Source of the DNA: Scyliorhinus canicula
Lineage: Eukaryota
Length of the DNA stretch: 64,000 bases
Reading direction: 5' to 3'
Assembly (NCBI RefSeq): GCF_902713615.1
Contig: NC_052159.1
Coordinates: forward strand, 57,479,490-57,543,489
In this document: positions 1-13,114 of the stretch, piece after piece
Position numbering within the stretch: position 1 is the stretch's first letter
Layout of the letters: each line of letters starts with the position of its first letter
Program-made: the position numbers and the translations under genes
The notes under the pieces: generated by a model
Seen by the model: the letters and a program-made list of their open reading frames with translations, nothing else
Databases searched by the model: none
What the model was told of the DNA's origin: nothing

Positions 1-272
1 TGCTGGACAGAGTCCGCAGCCGTTGCACTGAGTTCCCAACGGATGAGACCACACGTTTCCCATGCCGTCGGCAACTCGACTGGTTGGGGATGGAGCATCG
101 AGGGACAGGCCTCAGGCCGTGGATACAGTGTGCGGCGCACTCCTAGAGTACACCGCTTTTCAAGGGGTGGAGCATCACGCGGGCGGAGCCGCCCCCGATT
201 CTGTCGTCATCGGGGATTCGCCGCCCCATTGCTGAACCCGATTTTGGTGTCAGAGATCAGAGAATCCAGCCC
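1..272. mobile_element. GC-rich MITE-like (possibly PIF/Harbinger-derived) element, right part
   Basis: CpG-rich block ending gagaatccagcccc, similar to the termini at 25106-25288 and ~38757. Superfamily is inferred. Confidence 0.45.
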
Positions 273-539
273 CATGTTCTCGAACACCTCTGTGAAGCAT
301 GAGTCTTTGAAAAACTAGCCCAACTCCATGGAAATGGAGGACTGGATATGCCTGTCCCTGAAATGGAGCCAGCTAAGTCAGGAGTGCAGGATTTGGATTC
401 ATGAACCGAAACCGTCACAACTTAAAACACTGTGTTGAAAATCATAAACCCCAGAAATTGGGTTGGGAATCCTGAAATGGGTAACGACTCCCATTTTCAT
501 GGAGTTCCCAAGTCATCGTTGACAATCCAGCTGACAGTG

Positions 540-1000
540 AGCTGATGTCCTGCATTAATCTTTGGGACATTTCACCGGTCACAACCTGCCACCTTGAGAA
601 TGACCCATTATGCCTATTCTTTGGATCCTGTCCATGAAATTCTACTCATGCAACTCGAAGAGCCCATATCCTTCTTATTAACCTTTTGTGTGGCACCTTA
701 TTGAATGCTTTTTGGTAATCAACTACATCTACTAATTCTCCTGTATACGCTCAAAAAATGGCAATAAATTTGTCATCCTTGATTTCCTTTTCCTAAAACA
801 ATGTTGATTTTGCATGATCATACTATGATTTTGAAGTGCATTATGAAGACTTTCTTAACAAAATATTCTAGCACTTTCCTGACAACTGCTATCAGGCTAA
901 CTGGCCAACAGTTCCCTGTTTTCTCTCTTCCTCGTTTCTTGGATAACAGTGTCACATTTGTTAACTCCCAATGGGTTGATCATATTTTTGTACCTTGAAT
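540..1000 (-). mobile_element. Old CR1 LINE RT fragment
   Basis: Reverse complement reads as degenerate DFxKAFDKVPH and NYRPVSLT motifs. Confidence 0.7.
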
Positions 1001-1184
1001 TTCTCCAATACTTTTTCTCTGCTGTTGTAAATTGCTTAATGTTCGCACTTATTTTAGCACATGGGTTAACCTCTATTTCTGGTATGCATGTATCGCCTTA
1101 TTTGTTCCACCACTTCCTCATTCTCCAAAATATTCTGGGGAAGTTTAATTTGAGAATAAAGATGAGTAGTATTTATTGTTGCAG

Positions 1185-1263
1185 ACTTCTCCAAGAGATG
1201 TTAAACTCAGTCACACTGTGACATGCTCTGCTCCTGCAATGACCAGAAATGGCTTGAAAGAAA
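1185..1263 (+). CDS. CENPJ: CENPJ internal coding exon (79 nt, phase 0->1), TSPRDVKLSHTVTCSAPAMTRNGLKE
   Basis: ttgttgcag acceptor and gtgagt donor; open frame; the trailing A joins GT at 12498 to give Ser, in frame with the downstream TCP-domain exons. Poorly conserved linker, so assigned by phase and position only. Confidence 0.7.
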
Positions 1264-3174
1264 GTGAGTATATCTTTGCAAATAACAATGGAAAAATTTC
1301 AGTAGAAATTATATGTAATGTATATTAATCATGTCAATAAGATTATTGTTGTGCTGCAGAACATTGTAGTATTTTTAAAACAATTTTGTATTGTATTGCA
1401 TTAATACTGTAAAATACAAGTTCAGGATTCTATACTATGTACCCAGTAATTTGCAAAGTTTTGCTGCTGTCTAGAAGCATGCGTGCGTGCCATATGCAAT
1501 ACTTTCAGAAATGTATTAGCGTTTCCGGTGGTGGCCATGGAGTGAGTGGTCACATATTTGGTAGCTCCCGCTCATGATGGTCTTTATGTGGCCATTTTGT
1601 AGCAGGAATTTTGGAGGAAAAAGGTGTAGAAGTGAGAGCAGAAGGAAGTGACCCCTAGTTTATGGAGCGGCGGACTAGAAGAAAAAAGCAAACCAGTTGG
1701 CTGAGGCGGGTGAGGTGCTGGCAACGCACGCGGAGATGGCCGATGGAGAGGGGCAGGGACCAGCCCAGTGGTCAATGGAGCAGTTGGTGAGCTTCTTGAA
1801 TGAGGATTTCACCCAGCAGCTGAAGGAAAGTTTGGAAGATCTGGCTGCAGCCCAGGGACAGGCAACCAAGAGGTTGCAGGAGCTGGCAGGGGAACATGAA
1901 CAGTCCACCTCTCTGGCAGCGAAGATGGGACTGATGCGAGACCAGCAGAAGCGACTGCTGGAGAAAGTGGAGGACCTGGAGACCCGATCTCATAGGCAGA
2001 ACATCGGGGGCCTGCCAGAGATGAGCGAAGGAACGGATGTTGGTGCATATGTCAGGAAGGTGCTGGAGAAGCTGCTTGGGGAAGGTACGTTTGACCGACC
2101 GTTGGGAGGTGGATCGAGCCCAGAGGGCGCTGATGCGCAAGCCCCAGGGGGACGAGCCACCGAGGGCGATGGTGGTGCGGTTGCATTGGTTCCTGAATAA
2201 CTAACGTATCATGAGGCGGGCCAGGTAGACGAGGTGTTGCAACTGGGAAGGTGTCGGGATTCGTGTGTATCAGGACCTGGGGCAGAGCTGGCGAAGAGGA
2301 GGGCGACCTTCAACAGGGTCATGACAGCCCTGTCCAATAAGGGCGTAAAGTTTGGACTACTGTACCCGGCTCGCCTATGGGTGACCTATGAGGGCCAGGA
2401 GTTGTACTTTGAAAGAGAATGGACTGGCAGGAGAGGGGGGCCTTGAATTTTGATGGAGGAGAAATGGAGTGAATGTACTATGTTGCGAAAATTTTGTTTT
2501 TTGATATTTGGGTTTATCTCGTTTTTCTTTTTTAGTGGCAGGCTGGTTTACAGTTCTTTGTTAAGGGATGAGGGATGGGTCTCTGTTTTCGGACCTTGGG
2601 AGGGATTGTTTGTTTGTTTGTTTTTACTTCTTGCCTTTGTTCCGACTGGGTGGGGGGGGCTAGTACTGCTGACGTGGAGGGTATTTTCAAAGTGGAGGAG
2701 GAGGATGGTTGATGATTGCGCGCCCGGGGAGGTGCGGGACATGGGCCGAAGACTGGCCTAGGAGAGGTTATGGCTGATCAGCAGGAGAGGGGGGTGGGGT
2801 GCCACCAACCAGACTGGTCACATGGAACGTTCAGGAACTGAATGGGCCAGTCAAAAGAGCCCGTGTGTTCACGCACTTGAGGCAACTGAAGGGGGACGTG
2901 GCCATGCTGCAGGAGACACATTTGAAGTTGGGGAATCAGATTAGATTTTGGAAGGGATGGATTGCGCAAGTGTTCCATTCGTGGTTAGACTTTAAAACGA
3001 GGGGGGATGCCGATTTTGGTTAATATGCGGGTGGCATTTGAGGTGGGGCATATGGAGGCGGACCCGGGGGCGTAGGTATGTTATGGTTAGTGGGAAACTG
3101 GAAGGAATGGCCGTGGTGTTGGTAAATATATATGCCCCGAAATGGGATGACGTGGCGTTTGTGAGACGGGTACT

Positions 3175-3398
3175 AGAACCTAGAAAAATACAGCACCGAC
3201 CAGGCCCTTCAGCCCACAATGTTGTGCCGAACTTTTGTCCTAGATTAAGAACAAATTAATCTACACCCCATCATTCTACCGTAATTCATGTACCTATCCA
3301 ATAGCCGCTTGAAGGTCCCTAATGTTTCCTACTCGACTACTTCCACAGGCAGTGCATTCCATGTCCCCACTACTCTCTGGATAAAGAACCTACCTCTG

Positions 3399-3438
<40 letters not shown>

Positions 3439-5324
3439 AGTCTGTATCTTCCACCATTCACCTTAAATTTATGTCCCCTTGTAATGGTTTGTTCCATCTG
3501 GGGAAAAAGTCTGACTGTCTATCTATTCCCCTGATCACCTTAAATTTATGTCCCCTTGTAATGGTTTGTTCCATCTGGGGAAAAAGTCTGACTGTCTATC
3601 TATTCCCCTTATCACCTTATAAACCTCTATCAAGTCGCCCCTCATTCTTCTCCGTTCTAATGAGAAAAGGCCTAGCACTCTCAACCTTTCCTCGTAAGAC
3701 CTACTCTCCATTCCAGGCAACATCCTGGTAAATCTCCTTTGCACCTTTTCCAAAGCTTCCACATCCTTCCTAAAATGAGGCGACCAGAACTGCACACAGT
3801 ACTCCAAATGTGGCCTTACCAAGGTTTTGTACAGCTGCATCATCACCTCACGGCTCTTAAATTCAATCCCTCTACTAATGAACACTAGCACACCATAGGC
3901 CTTCTTCACAGCTCTATCCGCTTGAGTGGCAACTTTCAAAGATCAATGAACATAGACCCCAAGTTCTCTCTGCGCCTCTACATTGCCAAGAACCCTACCG
4001 TTAACCCTGTATTCCGCACTCATATTTGTCCTTCCAAAATGGACAACCTCACACTTTTCAGGGTTAAACTCCATCTGCCACTTCTCAGCCCAGCTCTGCA
4101 TCCTATCTATGTCTCTTTGCAGCCGACAACAGCCGCCCTCACTATCCACAACGCCACCAATCTTTGCATCGTCTGCAAATTTACGGACCCACCCTTCAAC
4201 TCTCTCATCAAAGTCATTAATAAAAATCACAAACAGCAGACGACCCAGAACTGATTCTTGCGGTACGCCACTGGTAACTGGGCTCCAGGCTGAATGTTTG
4301 CCATCCACCACCACTCTCTGTCTTCTATCGGTTAGCCAGTTCGTTATCCAACTGGCCAAATTTCCCACTATCCCCTGCCTCCCTACTTTCTGCATAAGCC
4401 TACCATGGGGAACCTTATCAAATGCCTTACTAAAATCCATGTACAGTACATCCACTGCTTTACCTTCATCGACGTGCTTGGTCACCTCCTCAAAGAATTC
4501 AATAAGACTTGTGACTACCCCGCACAAATCCGTGCTGACTATCCCTAATCAAGCAGTGTCTTTCCAGATGCTCAGAAATCCTATCCCTCAGTACCCTTTC
4601 CATTACTTTGCCTACCACCAAAGTAAGACTAACTGGCCTGTAATTCCCAGGGTTATCTCTATTCCCTTTTTTGAACACGGGCACGACATTCGCCACTCTC
4701 CAATCTCCTGGTACCACTCCTGTTGACAGTGAGGACGAAAAGATCATTGCCAACAGCTCAGCAGTTTCATCTCTTGCTTCCCATAGAATCCTTGGAAATA
4801 TCCCGTCAGGCCCGGGGGACTTGTCTATCCTCAAGTTTTTCAAAATGCCCAACACATCTTCCTTCCTAACAAGTAGCTCCTCGAGATTACCAGTCTGTTT
4901 CACACTGCCCTCTCCAACAGTATGGCCCCTCACATTCATAAATACTGAAGAAAAGTACTCATTCAAGACCTCTCCTATCTCTTCAGACTCTATACACAAT
5001 CTCCTGCTACTGTTTTTGATTGGACCTACCCTCGCTCTAGTCATTCTCACATTTCTCACATATGTGTAAAAGGCCTTGGGGTTTTCCTTGATCCTACCCG
5101 CCAAAGATTTTTCATGCCCTCTCTTAGCTTTCCTAATCCCTTTTTTCAGTTCCCTCCTGGCTATCTTGTATCCCTCCAGCGCCCTGTCTGAACCTTGTTT
5201 CTTCAGCCTTCCATAAGTATCCTTCCTTTTAACAAGACATTCAACCTCTCTTGTCAACCATGGTTTCCTCACTCGACCATCTGTTCCCTGCCTGACAGGC
5301 ACATACATTTCATATACTGGGACT
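3175..5324 (-). mobile_element. Young 5'-truncated CR1 LINE inserted in the L1 endonuclease region
   Basis: ORFs 4499..5308, 3943..4527 and 3535..3939 give CR1 ORF2 (KSPGPDGI, NYRPVSLT, DFSKAFDKVPH, KFADD, RPHLEYCVQFWSP). (TTCTAG)-type tail at the left end. The host frame FVRRV|LGKIPDL rejoins across it. Confidence 0.95.
3458..3612. repeat. 77-bp tandem duplication inside the CR1 3' region
   Basis: ccttaaatttatgtcccc...tctattcccc occurs at 3461 and again at 3538. Confidence 0.9.
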
Positions 5325-6450
5325 TACTGGGGAAGATTCCTGACCTAGATTCGCATCGACTAATTATGGGGGGAGATTTCAACACGGTCCTTGATCCAAG
5401 GTTGGACCGCTCGACTTCTAGGTCTGGGAAGGTATCAGCTATGGCTAAGGAGCTCCGGGAGTTCATGGAGCACATGGCGGGAGGCTCAATCTGTGGGGAT
5501 TCGGGAGGCCGAGGAGTAAGGAGTCTTTGTTCCACTCCCATGTGTATAAGGTGTATTCCCGGATAGACTTCTTTGTGATGGGCAAAACGCTGCTGATAGA
5601 TGTGATACATGCTGATTATTCAGCAATAGTGGTGTCGGACCACACCCCGCCCTGGGTGGACTTTCAAGTTAGTAAAGGAAAGCCCCAGCGCCTGCAATGG
5701 AGGTTGGATGTGGGGCTATTAGCCGAGGAGGAGGTGTGTGAGGGAGGCCATTCGGAGATACATAAAGATTAATGATATGGGAGAGCTGTCGGCGGGGGTG
5801 GTCTGGGAGGCACTGAAGTGGGTTATAAGGGGAGAATTCATCTCAATTCGGGACAATAAGGAGAATGGTGTATGGGCGGAGTTAGACAGACGGTTTGCAA
5901 AATTGTACAGGTGGACAGGAGATCTGCGGAGACTCCGGATGACAGGCTTTTGAAAGAGCATCCAGAGACTACAGCTAGAATTTGGGCTCCTGTCCACAGG
6001 TAAGGCGGTGGGACAACTGAGGAGGGTAACGGGGTGGTTTATGAATATGGGGAGAAAGCTAGTAGGATGCTGGTGCATCAGCTGAGGAAACAGGAGGTGG
6101 TGAATGAGATGGGGAAAGTGGGGGGGGTGGGGGGAGGAGGGAGAGGAGAGGTGGTTCTGGACCCGGCGGGGGTGAATGATGTGTTTCGGGAGTTTTACAG
6201 TAAATCGTATAAATCGGAACCACCAGCCTGGGAGGAGGGAATGAAATGATTTTTTGGGGGGGCTAGAATTCCCGAGGATAGATGAGTTGGTGGAGGATCT
6301 GGGAGCCCCAATTGGGCTTGGGGAGGTGATAGTGGGGTTGGGGGCGATGCAATCGCGCAAATCCTCAGGACCGGACAGATATACGGTGGAGTTTTATAAG
6401 GTGTTTTCTGAGCTGTTGGGGCTGCTTTTGGTAAAGGCTTTCAATGAGTC

Positions 6451-6497
6451 AAAGAACAAATAACAAAGAAAAGTACAGCACAGGAACAGGCCCTTCG
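6451..6497 (-). mobile_element. ~47-bp extreme 3' stub of a CR1 LINE or CR1-tailed SINE inside L1 ORF2
   Basis: Reverse complement gaagggcctgttcctgtgctgtacttttctttgtt matches the CR1 tails at ~14095-14128 and ~45075-45103. Confidence 0.8.
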
Positions 6498-8707
6498 GAG
6501 GAGTTGGGAGTGCTCCCCCTGATGTTATCGCAGGCATCGATTTCCCTTATCTTGAAATGGGATAAAGGTACAGAAAGCTGTGGGTCATATAGGCCAATCC
6601 CCCTGCTTAATGTGGATGCAAAATTGCTGGCAAAGATCTTAGCCACATGGATCAAGGACTGTGTTCCGGGGATTTGTTAAGGGACGACACCTGGCATCCA
6701 ACATTAGGCGGCTCCTTAACATAACAGTGATGCCTGCGGAGGGGCGTGAGGTCGAGGTGCTGGTGGCCATGGATGCAGAAAAGGCCTTTGATCAGGTGGA
6801 GTGGAAATATCTGTGGGTGGTCCTGGGAAGGTTTGGGTTCGGGCAGGGATTTGTGGATTGGGTCCGGTTGCTATATCAGGCACCGGTGGCAAATGTAAGG
6901 ACAAATCGGGTGCGATCAGAATATTTTAGGATGTGTTGGGGGAAGAGACAGGGACGTCCACTCTCCCCACTACTGTTTGCCCTGGCCATAGAGCCATTGG
7001 CAATGGCGCTTCGAACATTTGGCGGGGGATAGTGAGAGGGGGATTGGAACACAGGCTCTCACTTTCTGCGGACGTCTTGCTCCTTTAGATAACAGACCCG
7101 TTGGGGGGGACTGCAGGAATTATAGGGATACTGGAAGAATTTGGCAGGTTCTCAGGTTATAATCTGAACATGGGCAAGAGCGAGGTTTTGTGATCCAGGC
7201 AAGGAGGCAGGAGAGGAGATTTAGGGAGGTGCTGTTCAAGGTGGTGGGAATTTTAGGTACCTGGGTATTGAAGTGGCACAGAACTGGGGTCAGCTTCACA
7301 AACTAACTTTGGACAGCTCGATAGAGCAGATGAAAGGGACTTCCGAAGGTGAGCTGTGCTCCCGCTGTCATTGGCGGAGAGTACAGACTGTGAAAATTAC
7401 AGTTCTCCCAAGATTGCTGTTCTTTTTTCAGTGTAACCCAATATTCATCTCTAAAGCGTTTTTTAGGAAGATGAATGCGGCGATCCCTCATTTTATGTGC
7501 GCCCCCGGGAAAGCCCTGCTGCTGAAGAAGGTCCTACTTGAGTGAGGGCAGGTGGAGGGGGGCTGGCACTTCTGAACTATATCAACTATTACTGGGTAGT
7601 GGGGGGGGGGGGGGGGGGGGTCGGGTCGATGCAGGAGCACGTAGAGGCTGCATCCTGCAAGGGCACGAGCCTGAAGGTTTTGTTAACGGCACCTCTGCCA
7701 TTCTCACCGGCTCGGTACTCGACAAGCCCGGTGGTAGTGGCAGCCTTGAGGGTGTGGGGGACAATGGAGGCAGCACATGGGACTGGAGGGGGCGTCGGTG
7801 TGGTCACCGATCTATGACAACCACCGGTTTGTCTAGGGGGGGCTGGACGGGAGCTTTAGGAATGGGCAGCAGGCAGGGATTGAGAGATTTGGAGATCTTT
7901 TTATTGAAGAGGGTTTCCCCGAGTTTGGAGGAGGAGTTTGAATTGCCAGGTGGGAATGTGTTTTGGTACTTGCAAGTTACGCACCTCCCACAAAGGGGGC
8001 TACAGGACAAGATGATGTCAAAAACAGGGGTTGGGGAGGGGAAGGTCTCGGAAATATATAAGGAATTGATGGAGTGGGAAGGAGTTCCAATAAGGGAGGT
8101 GAAGAGGAAGAGTTGGGAGGAGAATTGGAAGTTGGGTTAGAGGAAGCCCTGAGGAGAGTCAATGCGTCGTATGCCAGGCTTAACCTGATCCAGTTCATGG
8201 TGGTCCACAGGGGACTGTGGACTGTGATCTATGACTGTGGTCCGGATGAGCATGTTTTTGAGGAGGTGGAGGACAGGTTTGGGAACTGTGAGGGAGGTCT
8301 TGCGCATATGTTCTGGACGTGTTTGAGGCTGAGGGGACTTTGGCAATGATTTGCGAATGTCATGTCAGAGGTCCTAGAAGGGAGGGTGACTCCGAATCCA
8401 GAGGTGGCAATATTTGGAGTGTCGGAAGATCCGGGAGCCCAGGGGGGGGAAGAAAGGCCGATGTTTTGGCCTTTGCCTCCCTGGTGGCCTGTAGACAGAT
8501 TCTGTTGGGTTGGAGGGACTCGGAGCCTCAAACGTCAGAGGTTTGGGTCAGCGACGTGGCAGGGTTTCTTGGGTTGGAGAAAATCAAGTTCGCCTTAAAG
8601 GGTTAATTACATGGGTTCGCTCGGAGGGGGGGGGGGGGGGTGGAATGGGGAGGCATGAAAGTGACGAATAAGCGTAGGAAGACTAATAAAGGGAGAACTA
8701 TGAGATG

Positions 8708-8888
8708 GAGTAATAATAATAATCGTTTACTGTCACAAATAGGTTTCAGTGAAGTTACTGTGAAAAGTCCCCAGTCGCCACATTCCGGTGCCTGTTCAGG
8801 GAGGCCGGTACGGGAATTGAACCTGCGCTGCTGGTCTTGTTCTGCATTACAAGCCATTTGTTTAGCCCATTGTGCTAAACCAGCCCCT
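8708..8888 (-). mobile_element. tRNA-derived SINE with (TTA)n tail in the L1 3'UTR
   Basis: Minus strand begins GGGGCTGGTTTAGC; B-box-like GGTTCAATTCC; tail shared with the SINEs at 11215 and 62740. Confidence 0.8.
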
Positions 8889-9249
8889 GTAGTAGTAAAT
8901 GGACCATGATAGTTGGGGTTTATATGCTTGGGGGAGATGGTTATGTTATTGTGGGTTTTTTTGTGTTTGTTGGATCTTTTTGTTTAAAATATTAAAATTA
9001 TAAATGCCTTAATAAAATATTTTCTAATAAAAAGAAATGTATTAGCAACGTCTAAGTAATGGTGTCCATTTCTAACTGCAAATGTTAATTAGTAAGAAAA
9101 GTGAATTTTGCAGAACATGACCATAACATGAATGATCTGAGATCGGATAATGTTGTAGAACAAAACAGTAAAATAACTACTACAAACAAAAAAAGAACAA
9201 ATTGAACTGTTGTAGTTACATAAGTAGTATTAAGATCAAAATAGATGAA

Positions 9250-10960
9250 CAATGGAAAAAATTTGCAGAGAGAATCTAGAAATAATCGAAATATGCATGG
9301 AGAACAGGAGTGGCAAACAAATATTGCAGGACATAACACATTTAGGAATGAAAGGGAACTAAGGAAAGGAGGATGAATATCTGTCTTAGTTAAAGGTAAC
9401 ATAATGGCAGTAGTGAAAAATAATGCAACTTGTAGTGAGATCGATGCATATGTATCGAGTTAAAGCAAGGAATCCATTATCCTAATAGTGGTATACGATA
9501 GACCATAAATAATGATCGGGAATGTGGGGAAAAAATATGAGGTGAGAAACAGGCATAGGATAATGTTCATAAAAGATTTCAGCTATCCTAATTGATCTGG
9601 CAGGAAGACGTATTGAAAGAAGTATAGGGAATATAACTGTAAAGCCTACACAGACTTTTTTTCTCGCTCTGTATACAAGTTCAACAAAATAAATCCCAGC
9701 ACTGTCTTATAATAGATAATGAACCTGAACAAACAGGTGAAGTAAGAATCGGAGAGCATCTTCATAATAGTGATCATAGCCTAGTAAGATTCAAGAATAG
9801 AATTGAGGGTGACCCAAGTAGGCCAAAATGTAAGATAATTGGAAAAGAGAAAATTGAGGAATTAAGGGTGGATCCAAAGAAGGTAAACTGGAAGAAAGTC
9901 TTGAAAAGCAAAGAGACAGAAAAATAATGGGAAATCTTTAAAAGGGTAGATGTGTTTTTACTAAAAGTCAAAAACAAGCGAGTTAATTATAGGGCACCAT
10001 GAATTAATAAAAAAACTTTTAAAAAACATTGAATCTAAAAAAAGCATATTGTAAGAATTAGTTAGATGTTAAAGAAGAAGGCAAAAGAGAATTCAATGAA
10101 CTTAGCAAAGAATATATATATAAAATAGGCACCAGAAAGGCAAAGATAGATTACAATATTATCAAGAATTTAAAAAGAAGTGTGTTTGAAGGAAAATTAA
10201 AGTCGGAGCATTAAAGGATAAGCAAGATAAACTCGTAAGTGATGACAGAATTGGGAGAAGTATTTAAAACTATTTTGTCACCGTGTTTACTAAGGAAGTT
10301 AACAGTATAGACGCTGCACTAGCGGATTCGTTTTAAGTTAAAATGCAGTTGGGATAGAAAGGAGGAATATAATTGACAAACCAAAGGACTGGCAGACAAC
10401 AAATGTTTTATCCAGATACAAAAGGAAAAAGAAGATTACCTGGGAGCTATATCAGACAGATTAATTTCAGTTTTAAAAGTAAAAATAGGGGAATGTTTGC
10501 ACAAAGAAATGATAGAAGGACATCTTAAATCAGAAAATATCATAAAAAGCAGTCCATATGAATTCCAAAAGGCTATTCATGTCTAACTAACCTCATTAAA
10601 TTCTTTGGAAAGGTAACTGAAAGAGTATACAAGAGTATTATAGTAAATATCTCATACCTGGATTTCATGGGGGACTCATGATAAAGGTTCGGGCGTGTGG
10701 AAGGATGGATTGCTTAATGAATAGCAAATTGGCTAAAATGCAAAAGACAAGAATAGGTGCAATGGGTAGCTATTCAGATTGGACGAAGATAGAAAGCAAT
10801 GTTCCACAAGAATCAATGCTGGGAGCCTGTTTTTTCCTAATTTACGTTTAAAGATTTGGACTGTGGGATAGGTAATAACATTTGTAGATGAATCCGAACT
10901 GGCAAGGAGGGAGGCTAACACTAAGTAAGAATATAACACAATAAAAGAAGACATTACAAA
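9250..10960 (+). mobile_element. Ancient AT-rich CR1 remnant (continues ~11640-12010)
   Basis: Degenerate SQHGF..GxSCLTNLIEFF-like and QFWSPHY-like motifs; many stops. Confidence 0.65.
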
Positions 10961-10984
10961 AAGGGGGAAAAATGTCTTCCATTA

Positions 10985-11212
10985 CGAAACGCTATTCACT
11001 ACTGCCAGATGTCTCGAAGCGTTTTAAAGCCAATGAAGTACTTTTGCAGTGTAGTCACTATTGTAATGTAGGAAACGTGTGAGGCAAGCTCGCACACAAA
11101 CAGCAATGTGATTATAATTTTGTTTTGTGGTGTTAATTGAGGAATGAATCCTGCTTGAAATAATGTTAGGGATCTTTTACGTTTATCTGACAGGGCAAAT
11201 GGAGCCTCGGTT
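10985..11212 (-). mobile_element. Deu-domain SINE (SacSINE1/AmnSINE1-like) fragment
   Basis: Reverse complement matches the Deu core (aaccgaggc...gtaaaagatccc...cacattgctgtttgtg...ttcattggct). Confidence 0.7.
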
Positions 11213-11214
11213 AA

Positions 11215-11500
11215 TAGTAGTAATAATCTTTATTAGTATCACAAGTAGGCTTGCATTAAAACCTCAATGAAGTTACTTTGAAAATCCCCAACGACGCCTG
11301 TTCGGGTACACTAAGGGAGAATTCAGAATTTCCAATTCACCTCGCAGCACGTCTTTCGGGACTTGTTGTAGGTAACCAGAACACCCGGAGGAAACCCACG
11401 CAGATACTGGGAGAACGTGAAGACTCCGCACAGACAGTGACTCAAGCTGGGAATCTAACCTGGGACCCTTGTGCTGTGAAGCAACAGTGCTAACCAATGT
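11215..11500 (-). mobile_element. V-SINE-type SINE with (TTA)n tail
   Basis: tggttagcactgttgc head; gggtttcctccgggtg core; tail ...cctacttgtgatactaataaagattatta. Confidence 0.8.
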
Positions 11501-12157
11501 GCTGAAGTAAAATTTGAGCCTGCCTCCTTGCCCTACCGGAGGTACAATTCACAGTACTTTGCATTTTTGACGTGTGATTGCAAAGGGCCTGCTTTCAGGC
11601 AAAGAACTCAAAGATGTCATAAGTATGCTCAGCTGGTCTTAGAGTCCTAGAGTACTGTGCAGTTCTGGTCTCCACACTATAAAATGGGCATTGGATCAGT
11701 GAAAAATGCAAAAATGGATTTACAAGGATAATGCCAGAACTAAGATAAAAGCCATTTGGACAGATTGGGTTGTGGGACTTGGGAGGAAACCCAACTGAAG
11801 TATTTAAAATTATTAATGGGCTGGGCAGGTTATGGAGAGACTGTTTCCACCTGTGGGAGAATCAAAATCTCAGGGGGCTTAAGTGCAATATTTATGCATA
11901 GTTACCCAATAGGAAAATAATGAGAAATTTGTTTTCTTAAAGCAGCTTAAATGTGGAACTCACAACCCATAGCAAGTGGCTTCAGTAAATAGTTTGGATG
12001 TTTTCAAAAATAAATGATTGTGTTCAGCTCTGAGCATCATACTCTGGGACGACCTGAAAGCATTCGAGAGGATGCAGAAAAGATTCATGATTAACCCAGG
12101 AGGAGATTGGAGAAGCTGAGGCCATTACTCTTGGAGAAGAGAAGGTTGAGAGGAAAT

Positions 12158-12400
12158 GAACATAGAACATAGAGTGCAGACGGAGGCCATTTGGCCCATT
12201 GAGTCTGCACCGACCCACTTAAGCCCTCACTTCCACCCTATCCCAATAACCCCTCCTAACCTTTTTGGTCACTGAGGTGGGTGAGACCCACGCAAACACG
12301 GGTAGAATGTGCAAACTCCACACGGACAGTGACCCGGGGCCGGGCAGGTCCTCAGCGCTGTAAGGCAGCAGTACTAACCACTGCGTCACTGTGCCACCCA
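12158..12400 (-). mobile_element. HE1/V-SINE-like SINE with CR1-type (TTCTATG) tail
   Basis: tRNA-like head, cactgtccgtgtggagtttgcac core, ttctatgttc tail. Confidence 0.8.
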
Positions 12401-12497
12401 TAAAGTAGTGTGTGCATATTGCAATAATGTTGACAAGTACGGATAAAGGCTAACACCACAACCAAAGCTGATTAACCATTTTGTTTTATTGATTCAG

Positions 12498-12625
12498 GTT
12501 CAGTTTCAATATCATCTTCCATGTCCCTCAGTAAAAAGACTGATTCTGCAACGGGCAGTATGATGCATTCAGAGCCTTTTGAAAAGCTTCCAAACTCTGA
12601 CCGGGTTTCAGTACCAGCCAGTTCT
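12498..12625 (+). CDS. CENPJ: CENPJ internal coding exon (128 nt, phase 1->0), SVSISSSMSLSKKTDSATGSMMHSEPFEKLPNSDRVSVPASS
   Basis: ttttattgattcag acceptor and gtaagt donor; open frame; phase-compatible with both neighbours; island of unique sequence between SINEs. Confidence 0.72.
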
Positions 12626-12766
12626 GTAAGTCTTCTGTGACGTATATTAATGAACAAAAATCAGATACAGATAACATCTAAAAGTTTAAAGCAGTGAGTT
12701 GCAAAAATAGTTTTTTTTTGGAATGTGGCGATTAATTGTATTTTATATTAGGTAAGTAAGTAAAAA

Positions 12767-13110
12767 CATAGACATAGAATTTACAGTGCAAAAGGAGGCC
12801 ATTCGGCCCATCGAGCCAGCACCGTCCATTGGAAAGAGCACTCCACTTAAGCCCATATCTCCGCCGCCATGCTTGTAACCCAGCAACCCCACCCTACCCC
12901 TTTGGACATTCAGGGCAATTTATCATGGCCAATCCACCTAGCCTGCACATCGTTGGACTGTGGGAGGAAACTGGAGCACCCGGAGGAAACCTATGTAGAC
13001 ACTGGGAGAAGGTGCAGACTCTGCATAGACAGAAAGCCAAGCCGGGAATCTAAGCTGGGACCAGAGAGCCGTGAAGTGATAATGCTAACCACTGTGCTAT
13101 CATGCCATCC
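12767..13110 (-). mobile_element. HE1/V-SINE-like SINE with CR1-type tail
   Basis: V-core gtttcctccgggtgctccagtttcctcccacagtcc; ggccgaatggcctcct tail. Confidence 0.8.
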
Positions 13111-13114
13111 CAGA

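Larger units (their letters stand above)
1521..9032 (+). mobile_element. Full-length degenerate L1-clade LINE (ORF1 ~1697-2446; ORF2 ~2790-8605) with nested insertions
   Basis: 14-bp TSD AGAAATGTATTAGC at 1507-1520 and 9033-9046. ORF1 has KVEDLETRSHRQN and FGLLYPARL. ORF2 has endonuclease (TWNV, LQETH, GGDFN, SRIDFF, SDH), RT (YRPI, DAEKAFD, RQG.PLSP) and C-terminal HMFW.C motifs. AATAAA at 9011. Confidence 0.95.

Noticed and set aside
3922-5069. Long plus-strand ORFs (e.g. 3983..4726, 247 aa) as novel genes
   Set aside because: Antisense shadows of CR1 ORF2; the same applies to most ORFs in the track.
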